Shown piece by piece: positions 17,803-26,442 of a stretch of DNA of 64,000 nt. This DNA is from an uncultured Actinomycetota bacterium (GTDB lineage Bacteria; Actinomycetota; Aquicultoria; CAYFWW01), in assembly GCA_964346985.1 (NCBI GenBank), contig CAYFWW010000013.1, forward strand, positions 3,465 through 67,464. The letters are read 5' to 3'. The translations under genes were made by a program, and so were the position numbers. The notes below the pieces were generated by a model that did not search any database, was not told where the DNA came from, and saw only the letters and a list, made by a program, of their open reading frames with translations. Numbering within the stretch: the first letter of the stretch is position 1; each line of letters starts with the position of its first letter.

Positions 17803-19049
17803 TGTTAAATATTAAAGGACTAATTAGTAAGTCAATATTAGATGAAAAAGGAGCAGTTTTAGTTCTGGTTGGCTGCTTGCTGGGATTGTTCCTTATTATT
17901 TTGGCTCTAGTGGTAGATGTTGGGATTGCCTATCAAGAACGGAGGCAACTTCAAACCTCTGTGGATTCAGCTTCATTGGCCGCTGCGCAGGATCTTGCAG
18001 AGGGCAAAGGTAAGGAGATTGCAAAGTCTACAGCTTGGGATTATGTTAAGAAAAATGCCCAAGTAGATCCCGACTTAATAAATGTACATTTCCCTGGGCC
18101 GCGCACAGTTGAAGTCAAGGCTAAAACAACCCGTAATTTATTCATTGCCAGAGTTTTTGGAGAAAAGGAAACTCAAGTTGAAGCTAAGGCAACAGCTAAA
18201 TATGGCCCAGCTACTAGTGTTTCAAACCTGGTTCCTTTTATAGTTCCATATCAATTAGTCCAACCTCACATCGGTCCTGAAAATGCTTTTGATTATGTGC
18301 TTGGAGAGGACCGGCCTTTAGATCCTTTTTATAAAGAACATATGCAGAATGGAGATTTGGTAAGATATTCAATTACTTACATTAATACTAATTCAACTAA
18401 TGAAAGTGTAAAGTTAGTAGACACTCTTCCTGATAATTTAGTTTATATTGAAGGTTCTGCATCTGCTGAAGGAAATTATAATCCTTATGGGAGAAGGATC
18501 GAATGGCTTTTTCCTGAAGTTGGTCCCGGAAGCGGAGTAACAGTTACTTTTGATGTTTCCCCTATCGAAAAGCTGCCTACAAATACAGCATATGCATATA
18601 TAAATGGAGGAGAAAAAATTCTATCTGCTAAGGATAACGGCCATTCTGCACAAAAAGGTTTTTTCTGGTTATGTGACTTTGATGATAATAGTGGTGGAAC
18701 ACCTGATTATTTTAAATGGATTATAGACGGTTATGGGGAAGAAGTATGGATTGGAAAAACTCCTAACGGAGAGGGAATTAAATCTGCTTTGAAATCAGCA
18801 TTAGAGTTAAGAATTGAGACCGATCCGAAAGTTGTTCTTCCATTGTATGACTATACAGAAAGTGGAGGCAGTATCGGTCGATATAATGTCGTTGGCTTTG
18901 CTGAATTTGTCATTACAGGATTAAGTTTCGAGGGAAATCCTAAGACAATTTCTGGTTATTTTACAGAAGGTACAATTACCACTGGTGTAGGTGGTGAAAT
19001 TCCGCCGGACTATTATTTTGGTGTTGATGTTGTCTGGCTTGAAAGTTAG
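17802..19049 (+). CDS. tadG: TadG-like pilus assembly protein, N-terminal TadE/G-like domain plus a large extracellular region
   Basis: KGAVLVLVGCLLGLFLIILALVVDVGIAYQERRQLQTSVDSASLAAAQDL matches the TadG N-terminus. Confidence 0.75.
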   Translation: MLNIKGLISKSILDEKGAVLVLVGCLLGLFLIILALVVDVGIAYQERRQLQTSVDSASLAAAQDLAEGKGKEIAKSTAWDYVKKNAQVDPDLINVHFPGPRTVEVKAKTTRNLFIARVFGEKETQVEAKATAKYGPATSVSNLVPFIVPYQLVQPHIGPENAFDYVLGEDRPLDPFYKEHMQNGDLVRYSITYINTNSTNESVKLVDTLPDNLVYIEGSASAEGNYNPYGRRIEWLFPEVGPGSGVTVTFDVSPIEKLPTNTAYAYINGGEKILSAKDNGHSAQKGFFWLCDFDDNSGGTPDYFKWIIDGYGEEVWIGKTPNGEGIKSALKSALELRIETDPKVVLPLYDYTESGGSIGRYNVVGFAEFVITGLSFEGNPKTISGYFTEGTITTGVGGEIPPDYYFGVDVVWLES

Positions 19050-19058
19050 GAGGGAAAA

Positions 19059-19790
19059 ATGAAATCTAAATTTGCGACATTAATAATTGCAATTATATTG
19101 GGTTTAATTGCGACGGGCAGTACAGCTCTTTATATTAAAAAAATTAATCAGTCAGCTTTAGCTGGTGAACAATTAAAGAAGATCTATATAGCCAAGAAAG
19201 CTATTCCTAAAGGGGAAAAATTAATTGATCTAATATCCAGGAAGGAGATTAAACTCGAATCAATACCTGCAAGGTATGCAGCTGAAAATACTTTAAGTTC
19301 AAAGGATGAATTTGATGGTTTAGTTCTAACAAGTGATCTATCGAAAGGTGAACAGATAACGTCTTCTATTGTAGATAAGCCGAGCCAGGCAGAGTTAGCT
19401 TTCCAAATACCAAAGGATAAAATTGCTATTTCAATACCTGTAGATGAGGTTGTCGGTGTTTCAGGGAATCTTAAAAAAGGAGACCGGGTCAATGTTATTG
19501 CTACGTTTTCTCCTGGTGAAGGAGGAAAAGATATAACTAGAACTCTTTTAAGAAATATTCTGGTTCTATCTAGTTCCGAAGAGGTTGCTAAAAAAAATCA
19601 AATAAAATCTTCTGCTCAGAAAGGTTCTAAGTCTAATAATACAGTAAATCTAGCAGTATCCCAGGTTGAATCAGAAAAACTCATTTTTGCTGAAGAAAAA
19701 GGTCATGTTTGGTTGGCATTACTACCTGTAGGGTATAAGGATAATGGTATTAATACTGTTGGAAGGACAGTTGATTCAGTCTTTAAATAG
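19059..19790 (+). CDS. cpaB: Flp pilus assembly protein CpaB/RcpC
   Basis: N-terminal TM helix then a SAF-like region (AIPKGEKL...). Confidence 0.75.
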   Translation: MKSKFATLIIAIILGLIATGSTALYIKKINQSALAGEQLKKIYIAKKAIPKGEKLIDLISRKEIKLESIPARYAAENTLSSKDEFDGLVLTSDLSKGEQITSSIVDKPSQAELAFQIPKDKIAISIPVDEVVGVSGNLKKGDRVNVIATFSPGEGGKDITRTLLRNILVLSSSEEVAKKNQIKSSAQKGSKSNNTVNLAVSQVESEKLIFAEEKGHVWLALLPVGYKDNGINTVGRTVDSVFK

Positions 19791-20966
19791 GTGATAGAAA
19801 TGATAAAAGTATTAATTATTGATCAGGATAAAAGTTTTTATAAGGAGATTAAGTGGGCATTATCTGATCAATACCAATATGAACTTGTTGGTATAGCTGA
19901 TCAAATAGAATTGGTCAACATGGTCTTAAATGAAAAAAAACCAACTTTGGTAATTGTTGGACCGAGCTGGAATAAGAATCATTTAACTAAAATGAGAAAA
20001 AATCTTATTGATAGAGATAAATTTAACTTGTTATTAATATCACCAAATGTTACTTCAGATTTGATACAAACAGCTATTGAAATTAAAGCAACAGATGTTC
20101 TATCATTACCACTTCAAAAAAGACAGTTGATGAATTCGCTTGAGCGAGCTCAAAATCTTTTTGAAGCTAAAGTTCAGACTCATGAAAAACAAGACCAAAA
20201 GGCGGAAGTAATAACAGTCTTTGGTCCCAAGGGCGGTGTAGGCAAGTCAGTTATAGCCACCAATTTAGCTACTCTTTTATCCAGAAGAGAAGAAAAAAGA
20301 ACTGTGATAATGGATGCTGACTTACAATTTGGTGACGTTGGTGTTATGTTAAGAATGGAACCTGAAAAAAATATTTTTCAAGCTGTTTGCGACCCCAAAT
20401 TGACCATTGAGAAGTTCAAAGATTTTCTTATAGAACATTCTTCTGGGTTTAAGGCTCTCCTTGCGCCGGTTGAGCCAGAAATGTCAGATTTAGTCAAACC
20501 AGTTGAAATAGAGCAGACTATTAAATTTCTTAAAAGGTTAGCTGATTTTATAGTCATCGATACACCACCTGTAATTAGTGATAATGTTTTATCAATTTTG
20601 GATAATAGTGACTGGTTATTATTGGTTATCGCAATGGATGTACCTTCTTTGAAGAATGCTAAATTGACAATAGAAACTTTGGAGATGCTTAAATATGATC
20701 TCAAGAAAGTCAGACTCATTATCAACAGGAAGAGCGACAGCCTGGGAGCAACTACTGAAGAATTAGAAAAAGCTTTAGGTTTTAAGATAGATTTCTTTAT
20801 TCCTGAAGATCGTGAAGTTATTAAATCTGTTAATGAGGGAGAACCAATAGTCTTATATAATCCAAAATCGATTGTAGCCAGAAAGATGGAAGAGATTGCC
20901 AATATGCTTTTAAAAGATATTAGTATCTCTGAGATAAATATTAGCAAATCAAGACAGACTGCTTAA
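19791..20966 (+). CDS. tadZ: TadZ/CpaE pilus-assembly ATPase (receiver-like N-domain + MinD/ParA-type P-loop)
   Basis: VITVFGPKGGVGKSVIATNLA deviant Walker A. Confidence 0.85.
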   Translation: MIEMIKVLIIDQDKSFYKEIKWALSDQYQYELVGIADQIELVNMVLNEKKPTLVIVGPSWNKNHLTKMRKNLIDRDKFNLLLISPNVTSDLIQTAIEIKATDVLSLPLQKRQLMNSLERAQNLFEAKVQTHEKQDQKAEVITVFGPKGGVGKSVIATNLATLLSRREEKRTVIMDADLQFGDVGVMLRMEPEKNIFQAVCDPKLTIEKFKDFLIEHSSGFKALLAPVEPEMSDLVKPVEIEQTIKFLKRLADFIVIDTPPVISDNVLSILDNSDWLLLVIAMDVPSLKNAKLTIETLEMLKYDLKKVRLIINRKSDSLGATTEELEKALGFKIDFFIPEDREVIKSVNEGEPIVLYNPKSIVARKMEEIANMLLKDISISEINISKSRQTA

Positions 20967-20978
20967 AGGAGAACTGTC

Positions 20979-22343
20979 ATGAATCTACATGAAAGACTCA
21001 TTGAAATAAATAATTATAATAAAAATTCGAAGACAGAGAGTCATACCAATGTCAATATTCCTGAAGAGCTTATTGAAGGATTAAGTCAGAGGATTCACAG
21101 TCAGTTGATTGCAGAACTCGGTCCTGAACTTTATTTTCATGTGGAAGATCCAGAAAAACTTAAAGATAAGGTGCAGCATAAGCTAGTGGAATTGATAAAC
21201 AAGGAACCAATTGCGCTAAATGCTTCAGAAAAAGCAGGTCTAATAGAGATTATTTTAAATGACATTATAGGTTATGGACCATTAGAGGACTTATTGAATG
21301 ACCCGGAGATAACAGAAATAATGGTAAACGGCGCACACTCGGTCTATATTGAAAAGAATGGAAAGATATACTCTACTCAGAAGAAGTTTATAGATGATGA
21401 TCACCTGAGAAGGATCATAGAGAAGATTGTTGCTCAAGTTGGTAGGAGAATTGATGAAAGTGTACCTATGGTTGATGCTCGCCTTCCTGATGGTTCAAGA
21501 GTTAATGCTGTTATTCCTCCTATATCACTGACCGGGCCAAAACTTACAATTAGGAAGTTTGCAGCTGATCCTTATAAGGTTAATAACTTAATTAATTTCA
21601 AAACTATGTCTCAAAAAGTAGCCGATTTTTTAGAGGTCTGTGTCAAAGGGCGATTGAATATATTGGTCTCAGGTGGTACTGGTTCAGGAAAGACTACAAC
21701 CTTGAATGTATTATCTGATTATCTACCTATTGATGAAAGAATAATCACTATTGAGGATGCTGTTGAACTACAGCTTCATCAAGAACATGTTATTCAGCTT
21801 GAATCAAGACCGGCCAATATTGAAAAACAAGGAGAGGTAACTATCAGAGATCTGGTAAGAAATGCTTTGAGGATGAGGCCTGATAGGATTGTAGTAGGAG
21901 AAGTTCGAGGTGGCGAAGCTTTGGATATGCTCCAGGCAATGAATACAGGTCATGATGGTTCATTGTCAACAATTCATGCCAACTCTCCTCGTGACGTGTT
22001 ATCTAGATTAGAAACTATGGTATTGATGTCGGGGATGGATTTGCCGGTAAGAGCTATAAGGGAACAAGTCTCTTCAGCTATAGACTTAATAGTTCATCAG
22101 AGTCGTCTAAGAGATGGGAGCAGAAAAATTACTCATATTACTGAAGTGCAAGGAATGGAAGGTGACATAATTACCCTTCAAGACATTTTTCTTTTTGATT
22201 TTTCTCAGGGACTTGATGAAAAAGGAAATTTTAAAGGGGAAATAAAACCCACCGGCATTAGGCCAAAATTCATGAAACAGTTGGAAGACCAAGGATATTC
22301 TTTAGATGCTGAAATTTTTCAGCTGGAGGGGAATCAGCAATGA
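20979..22343 (+). CDS. tadA: TadA/CpaF secretion ATPase
   Basis: VSGGTGSGKTTTLN Walker A, RIVVGEVRG, HANS motifs. Confidence 0.9.
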   Translation: MNLHERLIEINNYNKNSKTESHTNVNIPEELIEGLSQRIHSQLIAELGPELYFHVEDPEKLKDKVQHKLVELINKEPIALNASEKAGLIEIILNDIIGYGPLEDLLNDPEITEIMVNGAHSVYIEKNGKIYSTQKKFIDDDHLRRIIEKIVAQVGRRIDESVPMVDARLPDGSRVNAVIPPISLTGPKLTIRKFAADPYKVNNLINFKTMSQKVADFLEVCVKGRLNILVSGGTGSGKTTTLNVLSDYLPIDERIITIEDAVELQLHQEHVIQLESRPANIEKQGEVTIRDLVRNALRMRPDRIVVGEVRGGEALDMLQAMNTGHDGSLSTIHANSPRDVLSRLETMVLMSGMDLPVRAIREQVSSAIDLIVHQSRLRDGSRKITHITEVQGMEGDIITLQDIFLFDFSQGLDEKGNFKGEIKPTGIRPKFMKQLEDQGYSLDAEIFQLEGNQQ

Positions 22344-23368
22344 TAGTTCATTCTCTTTTAATTCAAGCTTTTGGTGTCTCATGGATTAATATTAGTGAAA
22401 TATTCATATATCTTTTGTTTTTTTCATTTTTTTCTTTACTGATTTGGACTATTCTTTCTATATTCTTTCCCTCAGAAGTCAACCTTAAAAAAAGGCTTAA
22501 AGGATATTCACGCCAAAAGATTAAGGTTGAAAAATCTGAAGAAAGAGTTGAAGGGTTGTTAAGTAACCCAATACTTTTAAAAGGAAAGAATATAATTGCC
22601 AAAGCAACAGAGAATAAGAGAATAACCCTTGGACTTGATGCACTTCTCCAAAAAGCTGGACTGCCTATCAAAACTTCTGAGTTTATTTTTATTCATTTTC
22701 TGGTAATGTTAGTGTCAATCCTCTTTGGCCTTATTATTGCCAAGGGCAGCTTCGTAATAACCGCCTTATTTGCTTTATTTGGAGCATTCTTACCAATTGG
22801 ATACTTATATTTAAGAAAAAATCAATATATAAAGAAGATTCACCAGCAATTGCCAGATACATTAGATCTGATTGCTGGATCTTTAAAAGCGGGTTATAGC
22901 TTTTTACAAAGTTTAAAAATGGTTGTTGAAGAAACTTCGCCTCCGATTCAAGAACAGTTTCAAAAAGTGATTCTTGAAGCAAGGTTGGGTCTTCCTCTGG
23001 ATAAAGCACTTGATAACTTAACTATGAGGGTTGATTCAGAAAATCTTGAGTGGACAATAATGGCAGTCAAGATTCAAAAAGAAGTAGGAGGAAATCTGGC
23101 TGAAGTCTTAGAGACACTTGCCAGTACAATAAGGGAACGTGACAGAATATCCAGGCAAGTTAAAGTATTAACAGCTGAAGGAAGGCTCTCTGCAATCATA
23201 CTATTCTTGCTTCCGTTTCTTTTAGCCGGAATATTGGCTATCATCAATCCGGGTTACCTTTCGAATCTATTTAAAAATACTATCGGATATGTCATTGTAA
23301 GCGGATCATTATTGTTAATGTTATTCGGGGGTCTTTGGTTAAGAAAAATAGTCTCGATTGAGGTATAA
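22340..23368 (+). CDS. tadB: TadB inner-membrane platform protein (T2SS-F domain)
   Basis: LPDTLDLIAGSLKAGYSFLQSL T2SS-F motif and TM topology. Confidence 0.85.
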   Translation: MIVHSLLIQAFGVSWINISEIFIYLLFFSFFSLLIWTILSIFFPSEVNLKKRLKGYSRQKIKVEKSEERVEGLLSNPILLKGKNIIAKATENKRITLGLDALLQKAGLPIKTSEFIFIHFLVMLVSILFGLIIAKGSFVITALFALFGAFLPIGYLYLRKNQYIKKIHQQLPDTLDLIAGSLKAGYSFLQSLKMVVEETSPPIQEQFQKVILEARLGLPLDKALDNLTMRVDSENLEWTIMAVKIQKEVGGNLAEVLETLASTIRERDRISRQVKVLTAEGRLSAIILFLLPFLLAGILAIINPGYLSNLFKNTIGYVIVSGSLLLMLFGGLWLRKIVSIEV

Positions 23369-23371
23369 AAA

Positions 23372-24292
23372 ATGGAACAAATCTTAATGCTCTTGATATA
23401 TATATCTGCTTTTACTGGTGTATTTTTACTAACGGTTACATTTCTTAATGTTTTATCATCTAGGTTGGTACTAGAAAATATGGGTAATCAAAAGATTGAT
23501 GCTAGAAATATTGAATTGAAAGAAACTTTAAGGAAAAGGATGTTTGGTGATTTATGGGGGACATTAAGCAATATTGGAAGACGGTTATCTCCACATAAAC
23601 GACTTAAAAGAATTGAAAAAAATCTAATAATTGCTGGCTCTCCTAGAAAACTTAACCTCGATAAATTTCTTGCATTAAAAGTAATTACTTCTTTAATTTT
23701 TTCTTCGACTTTTCTATTATTATTAACCTTATTTCACTTAAGTTTTTCATTAATATTTTTATTTACTTTGGTTACTTTAGCTGGTGGGTACTATTTGCCT
23801 GATCTATATATTTATAGATTAATAAATTTACGTAAACATTCTATTAGAAGGTCTCTTCCAGATACATTAGATTTACTTACAATCAGTGTTGAGGCAGGCC
23901 TAGGTTTTGATGCTGCTTTAAAGAAAGTTGTTAAAAAAACAAATGGTCCATTACCAGAGGAGTTTAGAAGAATGTTAAAAGAGATACAGCTAGGCTCTAG
24001 TCGCCGTGAAGCTTTTCAGAATTTAGCTAAAAGAACAGAAGTGAACGAACTAGACTCATTTATTCTAGCCATGCTGCAGGCAGATGTTTTTGGAATCAGA
24101 ATTGGAAAGGTTTTAAGAGTTCAGGCCTCTGAAATGAGGACAAAAAGAAGACAAGAAGCTGAAGAAATTGCGATGAAAGCACCGGTAAAAATAGTATTCC
24201 CTTTAGTTTTTTGTATCTTTCCAGCTTTATTAGCTGTTGTATTGGGGCCTGCTGCAATAAGTATATATGAAGCCATGATTATGAATCTATAA
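23372..24292 (+). CDS. tadC: TadC inner-membrane platform protein (T2SS-F domain)
   Basis: LPDTLDLLTISVEAGLGFDAAL and TM topology. Confidence 0.85.
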   Translation: MEQILMLLIYISAFTGVFLLTVTFLNVLSSRLVLENMGNQKIDARNIELKETLRKRMFGDLWGTLSNIGRRLSPHKRLKRIEKNLIIAGSPRKLNLDKFLALKVITSLIFSSTFLLLLTLFHLSFSLIFLFTLVTLAGGYYLPDLYIYRLINLRKHSIRRSLPDTLDLLTISVEAGLGFDAALKKVVKKTNGPLPEEFRRMLKEIQLGSSRREAFQNLAKRTEVNELDSFILAMLQADVFGIRIGKVLRVQASEMRTKRRQEAEEIAMKAPVKIVFPLVFCIFPALLAVVLGPAAISIYEAMIMNL

Positions 24293-24305
24293 GGAGGTGT
24301 AAAAA

Positions 24306-25208
24306 ATGGCTTTTGAGGGAAGAATTGGTGGTTTTAGCTTAATTGATTTATTTAATTTAATCGGGAATGGAAAGAAGACTGGAGTACTCAGCGTGAGGCA
24401 CTCAGAGGGCGATGGAATTATATACTTCCGCAACGGAAAGATATATTTTGCTTTAACAACTGAAAATAGAGTACCACTTGGGGTCAGGTTAATGGACGCT
24501 GAAATAATTAATAAGGATCAGCTTAAGAAAGCAGTGGAGAAACAGGAAAAAGAAGGTAAAAAGCGCCGGCTTGGTGAGATTCTAGTTGAAGAAAGTTGGA
24601 TTAAATACAAGGACCTTGTTGAATTTGTCCAGGAGCAAATATTGGATGCTTTATTTGAAATTATTAGTTGGGATGATGGTGAGTTTTATTTTGAAGCAGA
24701 AGCAGTCGATGAAGAGGAAGATATTGGAATTTATATGACAGTAAATGAAGCTCTTGAAGAAGCTAATAAAAGATTAGATGACTGGGAGAAAATCAGGCAG
24801 ACTATTCCTTCAACAGATTCATTTATTAAGCTATCATTAGGCCCCTCTTCACAAAATGAAAAGATTTTTCTTCGTCCTGAGGAATGGCGCGTTATATATT
24901 TTCTTGGGCGCGGTAAAACCATAGAGGATTTAAAGAAAAATATCCATTTGACAACTTTATCACTGTGTCAAATAATTGTTCGTTTAATAAATCGTGGATT
25001 GATAAATGTGGATAAAAATGAGGTTAAAATTGAGCCATCCCAAGAAATTGAAATATCTAATGAAAATGTTACTAGAATGCCACTAAGATATTTTAATGAT
25101 GGTACACAAACATTACCGCCCGAAGCGGCTATGCCAGCAGAGTGGATAAATTATTATAAAAGACTTAATCAAGGCTTAAAAAAGATAAAGTCTAATAATG
25201 AAAAATAA
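24306..25208 (+). CDS. DUF4388/PATAN-domain protein (motility-regulator-associated domain), last gene of the tad operon
   Basis: FSLIDLFNLIGNGKKTGVLSV...GIIYFRNGKIYFA matches the DUF4388 signature; GGAGGTG RBS; same strand, 13 nt after tadC. Confidence 0.7.
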   Translation: MAFEGRIGGFSLIDLFNLIGNGKKTGVLSVRHSEGDGIIYFRNGKIYFALTTENRVPLGVRLMDAEIINKDQLKKAVEKQEKEGKKRRLGEILVEESWIKYKDLVEFVQEQILDALFEIISWDDGEFYFEAEAVDEEEDIGIYMTVNEALEEANKRLDDWEKIRQTIPSTDSFIKLSLGPSSQNEKIFLRPEEWRVIYFLGRGKTIEDLKKNIHLTTLSLCQIIVRLINRGLINVDKNEVKIEPSQEIEISNENVTRMPLRYFNDGTQTLPPEAAMPAEWINYYKRLNQGLKKIKSNNEK

Positions 25209-25281
25209 ATCTTTGAATAGATTTTGAAGATGGGATTTTAAGTAATTTAAAAAGATGTTTGAAATATCTGATCAAATGATT

Positions 25282-25881
25282 CTAAAAGTTAGAGCCGGAA
25301 TATTCCCAGTTATGACGGCCTTCGGGAATAAGCTTTAATTCTTCTAATTTTCTTACCATTGCGACTTCGCTTACACCAAATAGTTTAGCTAAGTATTTGT
25401 GATCATTGAACCAGTTTCTTGCCTCTTTACGCACTAATTCAGAAGGCATACATAATTCTGCAGCAAAGACATCAGCTTCAGTATGGAAGTAGGGGCGTTT
25501 TGTATTCTTCATATAAGCTATTTTGTCATTATGAATTTGGTGGTGGGCAATTTCATGGGCTAGAGTAAAAATCTTTCTTGATTCTGGCATCATCTTATTG
25601 AGGATTATGTAGAAGTCATTTTTTACTTCCATTAAGACACCAAAAAACCAGTTCGGCATAGTCATTTCAATTATTTCAATATTAAGCTCATCGGCAATTT
25701 TGTAAATATCGATAGGTGGCTCAAGTATATTAAACTTTTTAAGCAATTGATTTGCTTGTTCTTTTATGTATTTGTGAGAATAAAGTGTCAATTTACTCTC
25801 TTCCCTCCGCTTTACGTTTGGCATTAATAATATTAATAACATGGAATAATAGATCTTTTTCATCTTCTGAGTATGATTCAT
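25282..25881 (-). CDS. ImmA/IrrE-family zinc metallopeptidase (true start probably an internal Met)
   Basis: HEIAHHQIH (HExxH) motif; paired with the upstream XRE regulator. Overlaps the XRE stop by at least 30 nt. Confidence 0.75.
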   Translation of the reverse strand: MNHTQKMKKIYYSMLLILLMPNVKRREESKLTLYSHKYIKEQANQLLKKFNILEPPIDIYKIADELNIEIIEMTMPNWFFGVLMEVKNDFYIILNKMMPESRKIFTLAHEIAHHQIHNDKIAYMKNTKRPYFHTEADVFAAELCMPSELVRKEARNWFNDHKYLAKLFGVSEVAMVRKLEELKLIPEGRHNWEYSGSNF

Positions 25882-26149
25882 CCGATTTCAAAATAGCTTC
25901 AAGGCTTTTTGGTTGAGCATCATTAAACATATTGGGATTTTCGCCAAGTAGGAAAGATAAAGTAACAGAATAAAAATCTGAGAGTTCTTTTAAACGAGGA
26001 GTTGGTATTCTTCTTCTTCCATTTTCATACATAGCTAATATAGATTCTTTTATTTGTCCATTTGTCATGATTTGGACATCATGGCGGCTCAGATTTCTTG
26101 ATTCTCTTAAGTTTCTCAGCCTTATACCAACTTCGGTTTGAAATGACAT
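25793..26149 (-). CDS. XRE-family helix-turn-helix transcriptional regulator
   Basis: GIRLRNLRESRNLSRHDVQIMTNGQI HTH_3-like motif. Confidence 0.75.
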   Translation of the reverse strand: MSFQTEVGIRLRNLRESRNLSRHDVQIMTNGQIKESILAMYENGRRRIPTPRLKELSDFYSVTLSFLLGENPNMFNDAQPKSLEAILKSDESYSEDEKDLLFHVINIINAKRKAEGRE

Positions 26150-26442
26150 AATTTACCTACCTCTATATTCTGCACTCTTAGTATAAATATCGGCTTTTTT
26201 TGAAAAAAACTTTAATTATTTTGACAAATAGTAAAGAAAATTAATTCTTTAAGTTAAAAAATATTCTTTTAGTTTAAAATTGAGCTTTTATTAAACTGTA
26301 ATCAAGAGGTTCAATAGCTTTAAAACTTATGCTTAATGAGGCTTTATATCACCATATGTATATCAAGAACTACAAAATTAGATATTTTTTTAAAATTTCT
26401 ATAAAATAACTCTAAAAGGTTATTAAAAAAGGTTATATTAGA

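Noticed and set aside
20378-20947. 189-aa antisense ORF inside tadZ (and similar antisense ORFs inside pfk, the HMGL gene, pilT and ACR3)
   Set aside because: They lie opposite strongly supported genes with recognisable motifs, have low-complexity AT-codon composition and lack RBSs. They are typical AT-rich genome shadow ORFs.
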